A DNA stretch of 64,000 nucleotides. Origin: a virus. The notes beneath the pieces were generated by a model, which saw only the letters and a list, made by a program, of their open reading frames with translations, was not told the DNA's origin and searched no databases. Every line of letters starts with the position of its first letter. The stretch's first letter is position 1. The stretch is taken from IMG/VR virus record IMGVR_UViG_3300032293_001706, positions 126,553 to 190,552 of that record. One strand, given 5' to 3'. Below are positions 28,455 through 36,871 of this stretch, in pieces. The position numbers and the translations under genes were made by a program.

Positions 28455-29654
28455 ATGGAAGAAGAAATTATATTTGAATTGTTAGATGATTTTACATCTG
28501 GTGGGAAGTTATATTATGATGATGAATATAAGTCAATATGGATGATAAATCCAGATACAAAACAATGGATATTTGAATTCAAAAAAACAGGAACTTTATG
28601 GTATTCTTATCCGGTTTTTACCAAAATTTTTAAATACGTTTCGATGGATTATCCTGATTTTAACCCGTATATTAAAAAGTGGGTTGAAAGAATCCTTCAA
28701 AAGGAGGCTAAAAACACCCAATCAATGGGGGGTCAGGAGACATTTTGGGTTGAAAGAATCCTTCAAAAGGAGGTTAAAAACACCATTGAACTTAATGGCT
28801 CAGCCGCCCCAACGGTTGAAAGAATCCTTCAGCAAGATAATAATTTAGACTTAAATGAAAACATTAATGAAAGTGAAGAATCCCCATTAGTTGATGAAGA
28901 AATTATATTTGAATTATTAGATGATTTTACATCTGATGGGAAGCTATATTATGATGATAAAACGGAATCCATATGGATGATAAATCCAGATACAAAAGAA
29001 TGGATATTTGAATTCGAAAAATCAGGAGATTTATGGTATCATTATAAAGTTTTTGAAAGTATTTTTAAATACATTTCGATGGAATATCCTGATTTTGAAC
29101 CATACATAACAAAGTGGGCTGAAAGAATCCTCCAAAAGGAGGTTAAAGACACCGCAAACTCGTATTGGGTGCTGCCGATGGCCGCTGAAAGAATCCTTCA
29201 AAAGGAGATTAAAGACACCATTTTTGTGCAACATCTGCAAAACTCTGGAGTTGAAAGAATCCTTCAACAAGATAATAATTTAGACTTAAATGAAAACATT
29301 AATGATGGCGAAGAACCATCATCAGTTGATGAAGAAATTATATTTGAGTTGTTAGATGATTTTACTAATGATTATGATAAGTATCAATCTTATAATGGAG
29401 ATACTTTTCTTATTAATCCTAATAAGAAAGATTGGTTAATAGAAATAGATGAAGAAAACTATTTATGGTATAACAAAGATATATTTGTAAAAATTTTCAA
29501 ATACGTTTCGATGGAATACCCTGATTTTGAACCATATATAACAAAGTGGGTTGAAAAAAAAATTAACATTAAAATTAAAGAAACTTATGATATTTTCTGG
29601 GGTAGAGGGGGTAAAATAATAGATGTAATTACAAATGGATTTAAAGAAACATAA
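28455..29654 (+). CDS. Three tandem copies of a ~75-aa domain (EEEIIFELLDDF...PDFxPYIxKW), each followed by in-frame repeat/spacer units
   Basis: Internal triplication visible in the translation; modules joined by QDNNLDLNENIN linkers; TATTTAT motif at 28430-28436. Confidence 0.85.
   Translation: MEEEIIFELLDDFTSGGKLYYDDEYKSIWMINPDTKQWIFEFKKTGTLWYSYPVFTKIFKYVSMDYPDFNPYIKKWVERILQKEAKNTQSMGGQETFWVERILQKEVKNTIELNGSAAPTVERILQQDNNLDLNENINESEESPLVDEEIIFELLDDFTSDGKLYYDDKTESIWMINPDTKEWIFEFEKSGDLWYHYKVFESIFKYISMEYPDFEPYITKWAERILQKEVKDTANSYWVLPMAAERILQKEIKDTIFVQHLQNSGVERILQQDNNLDLNENINDGEEPSSVDEEIIFELLDDFTNDYDKYQSYNGDTFLINPNKKDWLIEIDEENYLWYNKDIFVKIFKYVSMEYPDFEPYITKWVEKKINIKIKETYDIFWGRGGKIIDVITNGFKET
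28683..28831. CRISPR. CRISPR-like mini-array A1, in frame within CDS (2 full and 1 partial repeat, 2 spacers)
   Basis: Repeats 28683-718 and 28749-784 (GTTGAAAGAATCCTTCAAAAGGAGG[C/T]TAAAAACACC), partial 28815-831; both spacers exactly 30 nt. Confidence 0.7.
29118..29267. CRISPR. CRISPR-like mini-array A2, in frame within CDS (2 full and 1 partial repeat, 2 spacers)
   Basis: Repeats 29118-153 and 29184-219, partial 29250-267; both spacers 30 nt and unrelated to the A1 spacers. Confidence 0.7.
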
Positions 29655-29665
29655 TGAGAAAAAAA

Positions 29666-29697
29666 GTTGGTTATGTTAAAAAATTGGCCTATATTTG
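29666..29697 (+). promoter_or_regulatory. Bacteroidota sigmaA-type promoter
   Basis: GTTG (29666-69), 20 nt, TATATTTG (29690-97). Confidence 0.65.
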
Positions 29698-29703
29698 TAA
29701 TAG

Positions 29704-29873
29704 GAAATCGATGAAAAAAGTCCAAAGGTTTTGAGGACATAAAAATAAAAAACCTGATTGGAAAGGTTGAAGGTAACCCTCCCAATGAACCCGAAAGAAA
29801 ATCTTCTTAGCAAGTCTACCGCGAACTAGAGTTAGACAAAAAAAGAGGGCCAAAAGTCCTCTTTTTCTTTTTT
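29704..29873 (+). ncRNA. Candidate structured small RNA
   Basis: Lies between a host-type promoter and a terminator; no ORF longer than about 14 codons from an ATG; hairpins at 29720-38, 29758-85 and 29814-37. Confidence 0.35.
29840..29873 (+). terminator. Intrinsic terminator (near-copy of 28394-28425)
   Basis: AAAAAGAGGGC-CAAAA-GTCCTCTTTTT plus T tract; one G-U pair on the plus strand. Confidence 0.8.
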
Positions 29874-29902
29874 GTTATATTTATAAGTAATAAGACCTTT
29901 AA

Positions 29903-30976
29903 ATGGAAGAAGAAATTATATTTGAGTTATTAGATGATTTTACATCTGATGGAAAGTTATATTATGATGATGAATATGACTCCATATGGATGATAAATCC
30001 AAAAACAAAAAAATGGATATTTGAATTCGAAAAATCAGGAAATTTATGGTATTCTTATTCAATTTTTAACAAAATTTTTAAATACGTATCGATGGAATTC
30101 CCTGATTTTGAACCATACATAACAAAGTGGGCTGAAAGAATCCTCCAAAAAGAGGTTAAAGACACCTTTCATGGTCTTCGAAACTTTCCCGCTCCAGTTG
30201 AAAGAATCCTTCAAAAAGAGGTTAAAGACACCCGGATGGACAGCTATACATCAACAGCGGTGGTTGAAAGAATCCTTCAAAAAGAGGTTAAAGACACCTC
30301 ATCCAGTTCGCTTTTCTTAGGGAAGGTGGTTGAAAGAATCCTTCAAAAAGAGGTTAAAGACACCGAACATTTTGAAGAGCGTTTCATTGAAGTGGTTGAA
30401 AGAATCCTTCAAAAAGATAATAGTTTGGATTTAAATGAAAGTTCACCGATTAAATTAATCCAATTATTTAAAGAAGTTTTAATTGAAGGTCAAATAGATG
30501 GAACATTAGTTAATAAAACTTATGATGGTTATAATGTTAAATTTATTTTATCTAAACATGCCGATGAAAGAAGAAATAGAGTTGATAATTATTCAGAAAT
30601 AACATATGAAGAACTAATATCCGCAATTGAGGAAGCAATTCCTAAGATTGTTGATAAAGCGTTTAAAACACATAAACGAAATATTGTAGGACCTGTTAAC
30701 AATGGAATGATATATATTAGAGATAGTAAGACAGGACAATTAAATAAAAAAGACGCTCAAGAGTTTTTCATCTACAAAAAAGAATCAGAATTACAAATTA
30801 AATGTAAGGTTTTAAATTTTGATAAAAATAAGGGTTATATTGAAATTATAATAAAAACTTTAATGAAAAGTCGTACAGATAAATTAAATATGAACGACCC
30901 GAAAAGAAACACCCTGTATTTAAATATTTTTGAAAACATTAATAACTTTGAGAATTATTTTATAATAGAAATATAA
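29903..30976 (+). CDS. ~75-aa domain, in-frame array and C-terminal domain with SxHAxER motif (possible RNase/toxin fold)
   Basis: N-terminus near-identical to module 2 of 28455; C-terminal LSKHADERRNR; TATTTAT motif at 29878-84. Confidence 0.8.
   Translation: MEEEIIFELLDDFTSDGKLYYDDEYDSIWMINPKTKKWIFEFEKSGNLWYSYSIFNKIFKYVSMEFPDFEPYITKWAERILQKEVKDTFHGLRNFPAPVERILQKEVKDTRMDSYTSTAVVERILQKEVKDTSSSSLFLGKVVERILQKEVKDTEHFEERFIEVVERILQKDNSLDLNESSPIKLIQLFKEVLIEGQIDGTLVNKTYDGYNVKFILSKHADERRNRVDNYSEITYEELISAIEEAIPKIVDKAFKTHKRNIVGPVNNGMIYIRDSKTGQLNKKDAQEFFIYKKESELQIKCKVLNFDKNKGYIEIIIKTLMKSRTDKLNMNDPKRNTLYLNIFENINNFENYFIIEI
30131..30417. CRISPR. CRISPR-like array A3, in frame within CDS (4 full and 1 partial repeat, 4 spacers)
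   Basis: Repeats start at 30131, 30197, 30263 and 30329 (GTTGAAAGAATCCTTCAAAAAGAGGTTAAAGACACC), partial 30395-417; strict 66-nt period. Confidence 0.75.
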
Positions 30977-31047
30977 TTATTTACTACTATTTAAATAATG
31001 TTAAATTATTTTTATAGATTTAAGAAATCTGTAAAATTTTTAACAAA

Positions 31048-31656
31048 ATGGATAAAAAAATTGCAAAATTAAAAAATTCCCCAAAAGTGTTGGGACTCGA
31101 CATCAGCACAAAAGTTATCGGATTCGCTTTATTCGACATTCAAAGTAAAAAACTTCTCGAATTAACACACTTTTCGCCTGTAATCAAACCACAACCTGAA
31201 GATAAAATAGAGGAGATGATTTTGAAGGTAAACGCCTTTATCAAAAAACTTCAAGATTACAAAGATATGGGAATTACTAAAGTTATTATTGAGGAACCAT
31301 TGTTAGGTTCAAATAACGTTCATACGGTTGGAACATTAATGAGATATAATGCAATGATAACAAAATCAATACATGATGCATTGAATATCGTGCCAAATTA
31401 TATCTCAACATATAATTCAAGAAAGTATGCTTGGCCACAACTTATGAGTAAAAACGACAAAAATAGGGAAACTCTATTTGGTGGTTATCCTAAAGATATT
31501 GACAAAAAACAAGTGGTTTGGGAACTTGTTTCAAAAGAAGAACCACAAATAGTTTGGTTGTATACGAAAAACATGACATTAAAAAAAGAATGTTTTGACC
31601 AAGCTGACGCATATACCTGTGTCAGGGGGTATATGAAAATGAATTCTTTTTGGTGA
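31048..31656 (+). CDS. RuvC-like Holliday junction resolvase
   Basis: VLGLDISTKVIGFALFD, IIEEP, FDQADAY (RNase H-fold acidic residues). Confidence 0.75.
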   Translation: MDKKIAKLKNSPKVLGLDISTKVIGFALFDIQSKKLLELTHFSPVIKPQPEDKIEEMILKVNAFIKKLQDYKDMGITKVIIEEPLLGSNNVHTVGTLMRYNAMITKSIHDALNIVPNYISTYNSRKYAWPQLMSKNDKNRETLFGGYPKDIDKKQVVWELVSKEEPQIVWLYTKNMTLKKECFDQADAYTCVRGYMKMNSFW

Positions 31657-31692
31657 TTTGATATCAAGATTTTTTTTATTATCTTTCTTAAA

Positions 31693-32616
31693 GTGGAAGA
31701 TAACGCAATTTTAGTTGAACTTATTGAAGGTGTTTTTGGTAAAATAAGGAAACATTACCCAAACCACGGACAATTAAGTGTTGATTGTCCTGTATGTTCA
31801 TATGATATAAAAGGTTTAGATAAACTTGATGGTAAGGGCAACTTAGAGATTAATTATGCGGAGCATGTTTTTAAATGTTGGGCTTGTGGAGAATCAAATA
31901 ACACACAAGGACATTTGGGATATCTTATTGATAGATATGGGAAAAAGAAAGACAAAGACCTATATAAATTAATTAGACCAGATGAATTCATAAGAACAGA
32001 AAAGAAATATGACAAATTAAAACTACCGAAAGATTTCAAATTAGCAACCGACGGGAACAAATATCATATCCCGTTTAGGGAAATGAGGAATTATCTTAAA
32101 AGTAGAGGGATAACAGATGAAATGATTAAAAAACATAACATTGGTTATTCTTTGGAAGGTGAATATGCATTTAGGGTTATCATCCCATCTTATGATAAAA
32201 ATGGGGAATTAAATTATTTTACAGGTAGGTCATGGAATCCAAAATCAAAATTAAAATATAAAAACCCTGAAGCTGAGAAACAAATAGTTATCTTTAATGA
32301 AAATCTAATTGATTGGGAAAAAGACATATATATCTGTGAAGGACCATTCGATTCACTTTTTTTGGAAAACTCAATTGCTCTTCTCGGTAAAAAATTATCT
32401 GATACCTTGTTTACTGAATTGTATGAAAAAACGAAGAAGGATATAATTATTGTTTTGGATTCTGATGCTTGGGAAGATTCCAAAAAAATATACTTTAATT
32501 TAAGTGGCGGAAAATTATATGGGAGAATTAAAGTTGTTAAACTTCCTGAAGGAAAGGACATTGCGGATTTAAGAGGTAATATACTACCTGAATACTTTAT
32601 ACAATTAGAAAAATGA
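31693..32616 (+). CDS. DNA primase (Zn finger plus TOPRIM)
   Basis: CPVC...FKCWAC zinc-binding domain; YLKSRGI; ICEGPFD; IIVLDSD; KDIAD. Confidence 0.85.
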   Translation: MEDNAILVELIEGVFGKIRKHYPNHGQLSVDCPVCSYDIKGLDKLDGKGNLEINYAEHVFKCWACGESNNTQGHLGYLIDRYGKKKDKDLYKLIRPDEFIRTEKKYDKLKLPKDFKLATDGNKYHIPFREMRNYLKSRGITDEMIKKHNIGYSLEGEYAFRVIIPSYDKNGELNYFTGRSWNPKSKLKYKNPEAEKQIVIFNENLIDWEKDIYICEGPFDSLFLENSIALLGKKLSDTLFTELYEKTKKDIIIVLDSDAWEDSKKIYFNLSGGKLYGRIKVVKLPEGKDIADLRGNILPEYFIQLEK

Positions 32617-33395
32617 TGGAAACAATAATAGAATTATCAAAATTTAACGATGTTAAATATTTTGACGGACCACACAAATATTATGTAGGAACAAAAGAAT
32701 ATGTTTCGGCGACAACCTTTATTGGGAAATACAAGGCAAAATTTCAAACACAATTATTGGCTGAAAAATATGCTGAAAAAAGAGGATTAGACGTTAACGA
32801 GGTAATTGCAGAATGGGAATTAAAGAAAGACATATCAACGGTAAAAGGAACTCTTCTTCATAATATGGCTGAGAATTGGTGGAATAATAAATCATTTCCA
32901 TACGATTCATCATTAGTTATTAAAAAATTTGGTTATGACATAATCGAAGAGAACTATAGAAAATGTGAAACAATTTTTCATAGATTTTATGAAGATGCAA
33001 AACAAAATCTAATACCTGTAAAAATGGAATTGGTTGTTTGTGACCATGACTATGAAATTGCCGGAATGGTAGATTGTTTATTCTATAACAAAAAGTCAGG
33101 AATGTTGGAGATTTGGGATTATAAAACAAATAAAGAAATTAAAAGTAGTAACAATTTTGGTAATAAAATGTTACATCCAATTTCCCATCTTGATGAGTGT
33201 GAAATGAATACATATTCACTTCAGTTGGGTTTATATAAACATATTATTCAAAAAAATACAAATTTAAATATTGGTAACTGTTATTTGTTGTGGATAAATG
33301 AAAATAACGATACTTATAAGATATTCACTTGTAAGGATTTATATGCTGAATTAAAATTAATGATAGAAGATTATGAAAATACCAAGAACTCGTAA
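32613..33395 (+). CDS. PD-(D/E)XK (RecB/lambda-exo-like) nuclease
   Basis: GTLLH, IAGMVDCLF, IWDYKT, YSLQLGLY motifs. Confidence 0.8.
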   Translation: MMETIIELSKFNDVKYFDGPHKYYVGTKEYVSATTFIGKYKAKFQTQLLAEKYAEKRGLDVNEVIAEWELKKDISTVKGTLLHNMAENWWNNKSFPYDSSLVIKKFGYDIIEENYRKCETIFHRFYEDAKQNLIPVKMELVVCDHDYEIAGMVDCLFYNKKSGMLEIWDYKTNKEIKSSNNFGNKMLHPISHLDECEMNTYSLQLGLYKHIIQKNTNLNIGNCYLLWINENNDTYKIFTCKDLYAELKLMIEDYENTKNS

Positions 33396-33483
33396 AGCAA
33401 AACTAAAGAAAAAGAAAAAGTATTTTGAAAAGTACACAAAGACATTAAAGAAATATTTAAAGGTTAGATATAATTGGGATTAA
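33373..33483 (+). CDS. 36-aa Lys-rich peptide
   Basis: MKIPRTRKAKLKKKKKYFEKYTKTLKKYLKVRYNWD, translated by hand; overlaps the nuclease stop. Confidence 0.3.
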   Translation: MKIPRTRKAKLKKKKKYFEKYTKTLKKYLKVRYNWD

Positions 33484-33536
33484 TTTATTGATTAAACCCA
33501 ATTAAATTGTTATATTTAATCATCAAAATATATTAA

Positions 33537-34319
33537 ATGATTAAAAAACTCGTACATTTTTCAGATTTACACATTCGTTTATTTAAGGACCATGATTTAT
33601 ATCGCAAAATTATTAGTGATATGTTCTCAGAATTCCGAAAAATAAACCCTGATAGAATTGTTTTCACAGGTGATTTAGTTCACTCCAAAAATCAGATGAC
33701 ACCCGAATTAATTAATATGGTTTCTTGGGTGTTAACTGAATGCTCTAAAATTGCAAAAACAATTTTAATAATTGGAAATCATGATTTTCTTGAGAACAAT
33801 ACCGAAAGATTAGACGCTTTAAGTCCAATTATTGATTCACTAAATAATGACAATATCATATATTTGAAAAATCGTGGGGTTTATTCCGACTCAAATATAG
33901 ATTGGTGTGTTTATTCACTATATGAACATAATCTACCACCTGATATTAATCCTAACTCCACGAACACCAAGATTGGGTTATTTCACGGACCTGTAGTGGG
34001 GCTATCTACGGATATTGGATATAAGTTTGAAGACGGGTTCGATAGTAGTAAATTTTCAGGTTGTGATGTTGTATTATGTGGTGACATCCACAAAAGACAG
34101 ATATTTAACATACCTAATGGAAAAAAGGCGTATATGGTGGGTTCAAGTATACAGCAAAATTTTGGGGAAAAAGTAACCAATCATGGATTCGGAATTTATG
34201 ATGTGTTGGAAGATAAATATGAGTTTGTCGACCTAAAAAACCCAAAACCATTTTTAGTGTTTAAAATCGACGATTACTCTGTCATTGAAACAGGAACTGA
34301 AACGTTAAAAAACTATTAA
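33537..34319 (+). CDS. SbcD/Mre11/gp47-like metallophosphoesterase nuclease subunit
   Basis: HFSDLHI, FTGDLVH, IGNHD, GLFHG, LCGDIH, YMVGSSIQQNFGE. Confidence 0.9.
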   Translation: MIKKLVHFSDLHIRLFKDHDLYRKIISDMFSEFRKINPDRIVFTGDLVHSKNQMTPELINMVSWVLTECSKIAKTILIIGNHDFLENNTERLDALSPIIDSLNNDNIIYLKNRGVYSDSNIDWCVYSLYEHNLPPDINPNSTNTKIGLFHGPVVGLSTDIGYKFEDGFDSSKFSGCDVVLCGDIHKRQIFNIPNGKKAYMVGSSIQQNFGEKVTNHGFGIYDVLEDKYEFVDLKNPKPFLVFKIDDYSVIETGTETLKNY

Positions 34320-34687
34320 TGGAACAACTTATTATTGAACTCAACTCACTTGAATTACAAGAGATAGAAAAATTCTGTGAAATTAATAATTTTAATATCG
34401 ATGAAACTGTTACCAAGTGTTTTAAAAACGGATTTATCATCGAGAAATACGGATTTTTAGGAAAAGAAATTGAAATCCCTGTTGAAAAAATAGAGAATAC
34501 TGATGATGATTTGAAAGTAAAACAATTACAACAGACAATTCAGGATTTAACATTAAAAATTCGTGAAAAAGAAAATGAAATTAAAGAATTGAAAGATACA
34601 ATAAAAAATTTTAATATTAATAACGAAAAAACACAAGTAACGTATTTACGTTCATCAAATTTAGAAGATAATTTATATAAAGATTAA
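34319..34687 (+). CDS. Hypothetical coiled-coil protein
   Basis: Coupled ORF with a heptad-like C-terminal half. Confidence 0.5.
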   Translation: MEQLIIELNSLELQEIEKFCEINNFNIDETVTKCFKNGFIIEKYGFLGKEIEIPVEKIENTDDDLKVKQLQQTIQDLTLKIREKENEIKELKDTIKNFNINNEKTQVTYLRSSNLEDNLYKD

Positions 34688-34693
34688 AAATAT

Positions 34694-35029
34694 ATGTGGT
34701 TAATAATTTGGATTTTAGCGGCTTATGGAATGAGCCAAATTTTAGTGTATGGTTCAATATTTGAATCAACAAGACAAAAAATTCATAAATGGGGGGACAA
34801 CGAATATGCCCCACTACAAGGGATAGGTAAGTTTATATCGGGTTTAATCCAATGCATGATGTGTGTATCTACATGGATTGGATTTTTTATGAGTTTAGTT
34901 CTATTTTCACCAATAGAATATTGTTTTAATGCTCATGTTATAATTTCAACATTTTTTGATGGAATGTTAGCATCAGGTTCAGTATGGGCAGTTAATTCAA
35001 TAATCGAATGGTATGAAGCGAAAAAATAA
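34694..35029 (+). CDS. Small membrane protein with CxxC (DUF1360-like)
   Basis: Three hydrophobic segments; IQCMMCVSTWIG. Confidence 0.55.
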   Translation: MWLIIWILAAYGMSQILVYGSIFESTRQKIHKWGDNEYAPLQGIGKFISGLIQCMMCVSTWIGFFMSLVLFSPIEYCFNAHVIISTFFDGMLASGSVWAVNSIIEWYEAKK

Positions 35030-35043
35030 TAAATTTTAATAAT

Positions 35044-35250
35044 ATGCCAGTATCTAGAAACAGAAAAAATCAGAAGAAAAAAGCTGCTCAACGCACTAAA
35101 ACACAGAAACAACAAGTAAAGAAAATACAAGACTTGTATACACAAAAAATGGTTGAAAAACTAAAAGAAATGCATGAAGAATATGTAGAAAACTCAGGTA
35201 AAACTGAAAATGATGGATTTATTCAACCCACCGATAATACCGAACTATAA
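35044..35250 (+). CDS. Small basic hypothetical protein
   Basis: MPVSRNRKNQKKK N-terminus. Confidence 0.5.
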   Translation: MPVSRNRKNQKKKAAQRTKTQKQQVKKIQDLYTQKMVEKLKEMHEEYVENSGKTENDGFIQPTDNTEL

Positions 35251-35815
35251 TTTTATGACACATAATTTAGATATAACTTCTTTAGAAAACCCATACATAC
35301 AAGTGGTGTGGGAAGACACTGCGGAAAATTTTACACAAGAAAGAATTAAAAGTGTTAGAAGTTATTTCTCCAAAAAATATAATTCAACAAATGTAAATGT
35401 TTTAACTAAGGTAAAAACGACTGATGATGTTCAACAAACAGTTGACGTGTCCGTAAATATTATGGATAGGAATTATCAGTTGGAGTTGGTTAAAGAAGTG
35501 TTGAAACAAAGAGGACAGGAAAAACTTTTAGATGATATTTTGGAATTGGATAAATTCGTTGACTCAAAAATGTCATCAGATGAAGTTCAAGCATTTAAAA
35601 AGTGGTATATTAAAAAAATAGAGTTCAGCAACTTTTTATCTTATGGTGAGAATCAAGTATTAGATTTTGAAAAATGTAATGGTATCACTGTAGTTGAGTC
35701 GAATCCCCCTAATTTTGGTGGAAAATGTATTAGGTATAATACAAAAATTGATATAGAGTATGATTTAGATTTTATTATTAAAAAATTAGGTTTTATACCT
35801 GATGAATTAAAATAA
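35210..35815 (+). CDS. SbcC/Rad50/gp46 N-terminal fragment fused to 29-aa split-intein N fragment
   Basis: IKKIEFSNFLSYG...ESNPPNFGGK (Walker A) followed by C-IRYNTKIDIEY (intein block A, Cys at 35726). Confidence 0.85.
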   Translation: MMDLFNPPIIPNYNFMTHNLDITSLENPYIQVVWEDTAENFTQERIKSVRSYFSKKYNSTNVNVLTKVKTTDDVQQTVDVSVNIMDRNYQLELVKEVLKQRGQEKLLDDILELDKFVDSKMSSDEVQAFKKWYIKKIEFSNFLSYGENQVLDFEKCNGITVVESNPPNFGGKCIRYNTKIDIEYDLDFIIKKLGFIPDELK

Positions 35816-35836
35816 TAAAACCAAATACTTTTTAAT

Positions 35837-36871
35837 TTGATGGAAATATTTATATGTTATATGAATAAAAAATATAATTTTAGTAATGAAGAAATTAACG
35901 ATATGATAAAAAAATATGTTGATGAACTAAAACCAATATCGTTAATTGCAAAAAACTACAATGTAGACCCATCAGTTATTAAAAAAAGATTAAAAGACTC
36001 AGGAATAAAAATAGTGAAAGGTTCCGCATTTAATATTAAATTTTGGTTGGAGAAAGGATTGTCACTTGATGAGGCCAAAGAAAAAATTAAAATAATAAAA
36101 CCAAGTTTAATTGAATATTGGTTACACAAAGGGTATTCATTAGAAGAATCTAAATTCCAAACTGAATTACATTTAATGAATACAGAAAGGGCTTATATTC
36201 ATAAATATGGCGAAGATGAAGGTAAAAAATTATTCTTCTTGAAGAAAGAAAAGGAAGGTAAATACCATTCACCTAGAAGAATTGAATATTGGATTAAAAA
36301 TGGTTATTCAATTGAGGAATCAAGACAAAAAATAAAAGACAATCAAAATAAATTTAGTCTTGAAAAATGTATTCAAAATAATGGGTTCGATGAAGGATTA
36401 AATATTTTTACAAGAAGACAGATTAAATGGCAAGAAACACTTGTAAAAAATGGTAATCTTAAAAAAGGTTTTTCTAAAATATCACAAGAATTATTTTACA
36501 TTTTAATGGAAAAATACGATATTAATGAAAGAAGGATGATTAATTTTGCAACACATAATGGCGAATATAAATTAAAAAATCCTGAAGGTGGCGTTTTTAT
36601 TTATGATTTTACCGATTTAATAAATAATAAGATTATTGAGTATCATGGGGATATGTATCACGCTAACCCTAAAAAATATAAAAAAGACGATTATCCTCAT
36701 CCATTTAGAAAAACTCTTAATTCACAACAAATATGGAATAAAGATGAAAAAAAAATAAAAGAAGCTAATAACAATAATTTTGATGTTTTAATAATTTGGG
36801 ATTCCGAATATAGATGGGGAAATAAAAATAAAATAGTTGAAAAATGTCTTAATTTTTTAAATAAAAAATGA
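35837..36871 (+). mobile_element. Free-standing Vsr-like homing endonuclease between the split-intein halves
   Basis: C-terminal YDF...KIIEYHGDMYHANP...IWNKD.KK...VLIIWDSEY; repeated W.xxGYS.EE. modules upstream. Confidence 0.8.

Noticed and set aside
29711-29776. TGA read-through peptide MKKVQRF*GHKNKKPDWKG*R, suggesting recoding of TGA as Trp
   Set aside because: Several well-defined genes end in TGA (11897, 12761, 31656, 44397) and long ORFs are intact under the standard code.
31048-33395. RuvC-like and PD-(D/E)XK (Cas4-like) genes just downstream of arrays A as possible cas genes
   Set aside because: They flank a primase and SbcCD in a normal replication block. The RuvC protein is only 202 aa, and the nuclease lacks the Cas4 1+3 Cys Fe-S pattern. 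A moonlighting role cannot be excluded but nothing supports it.
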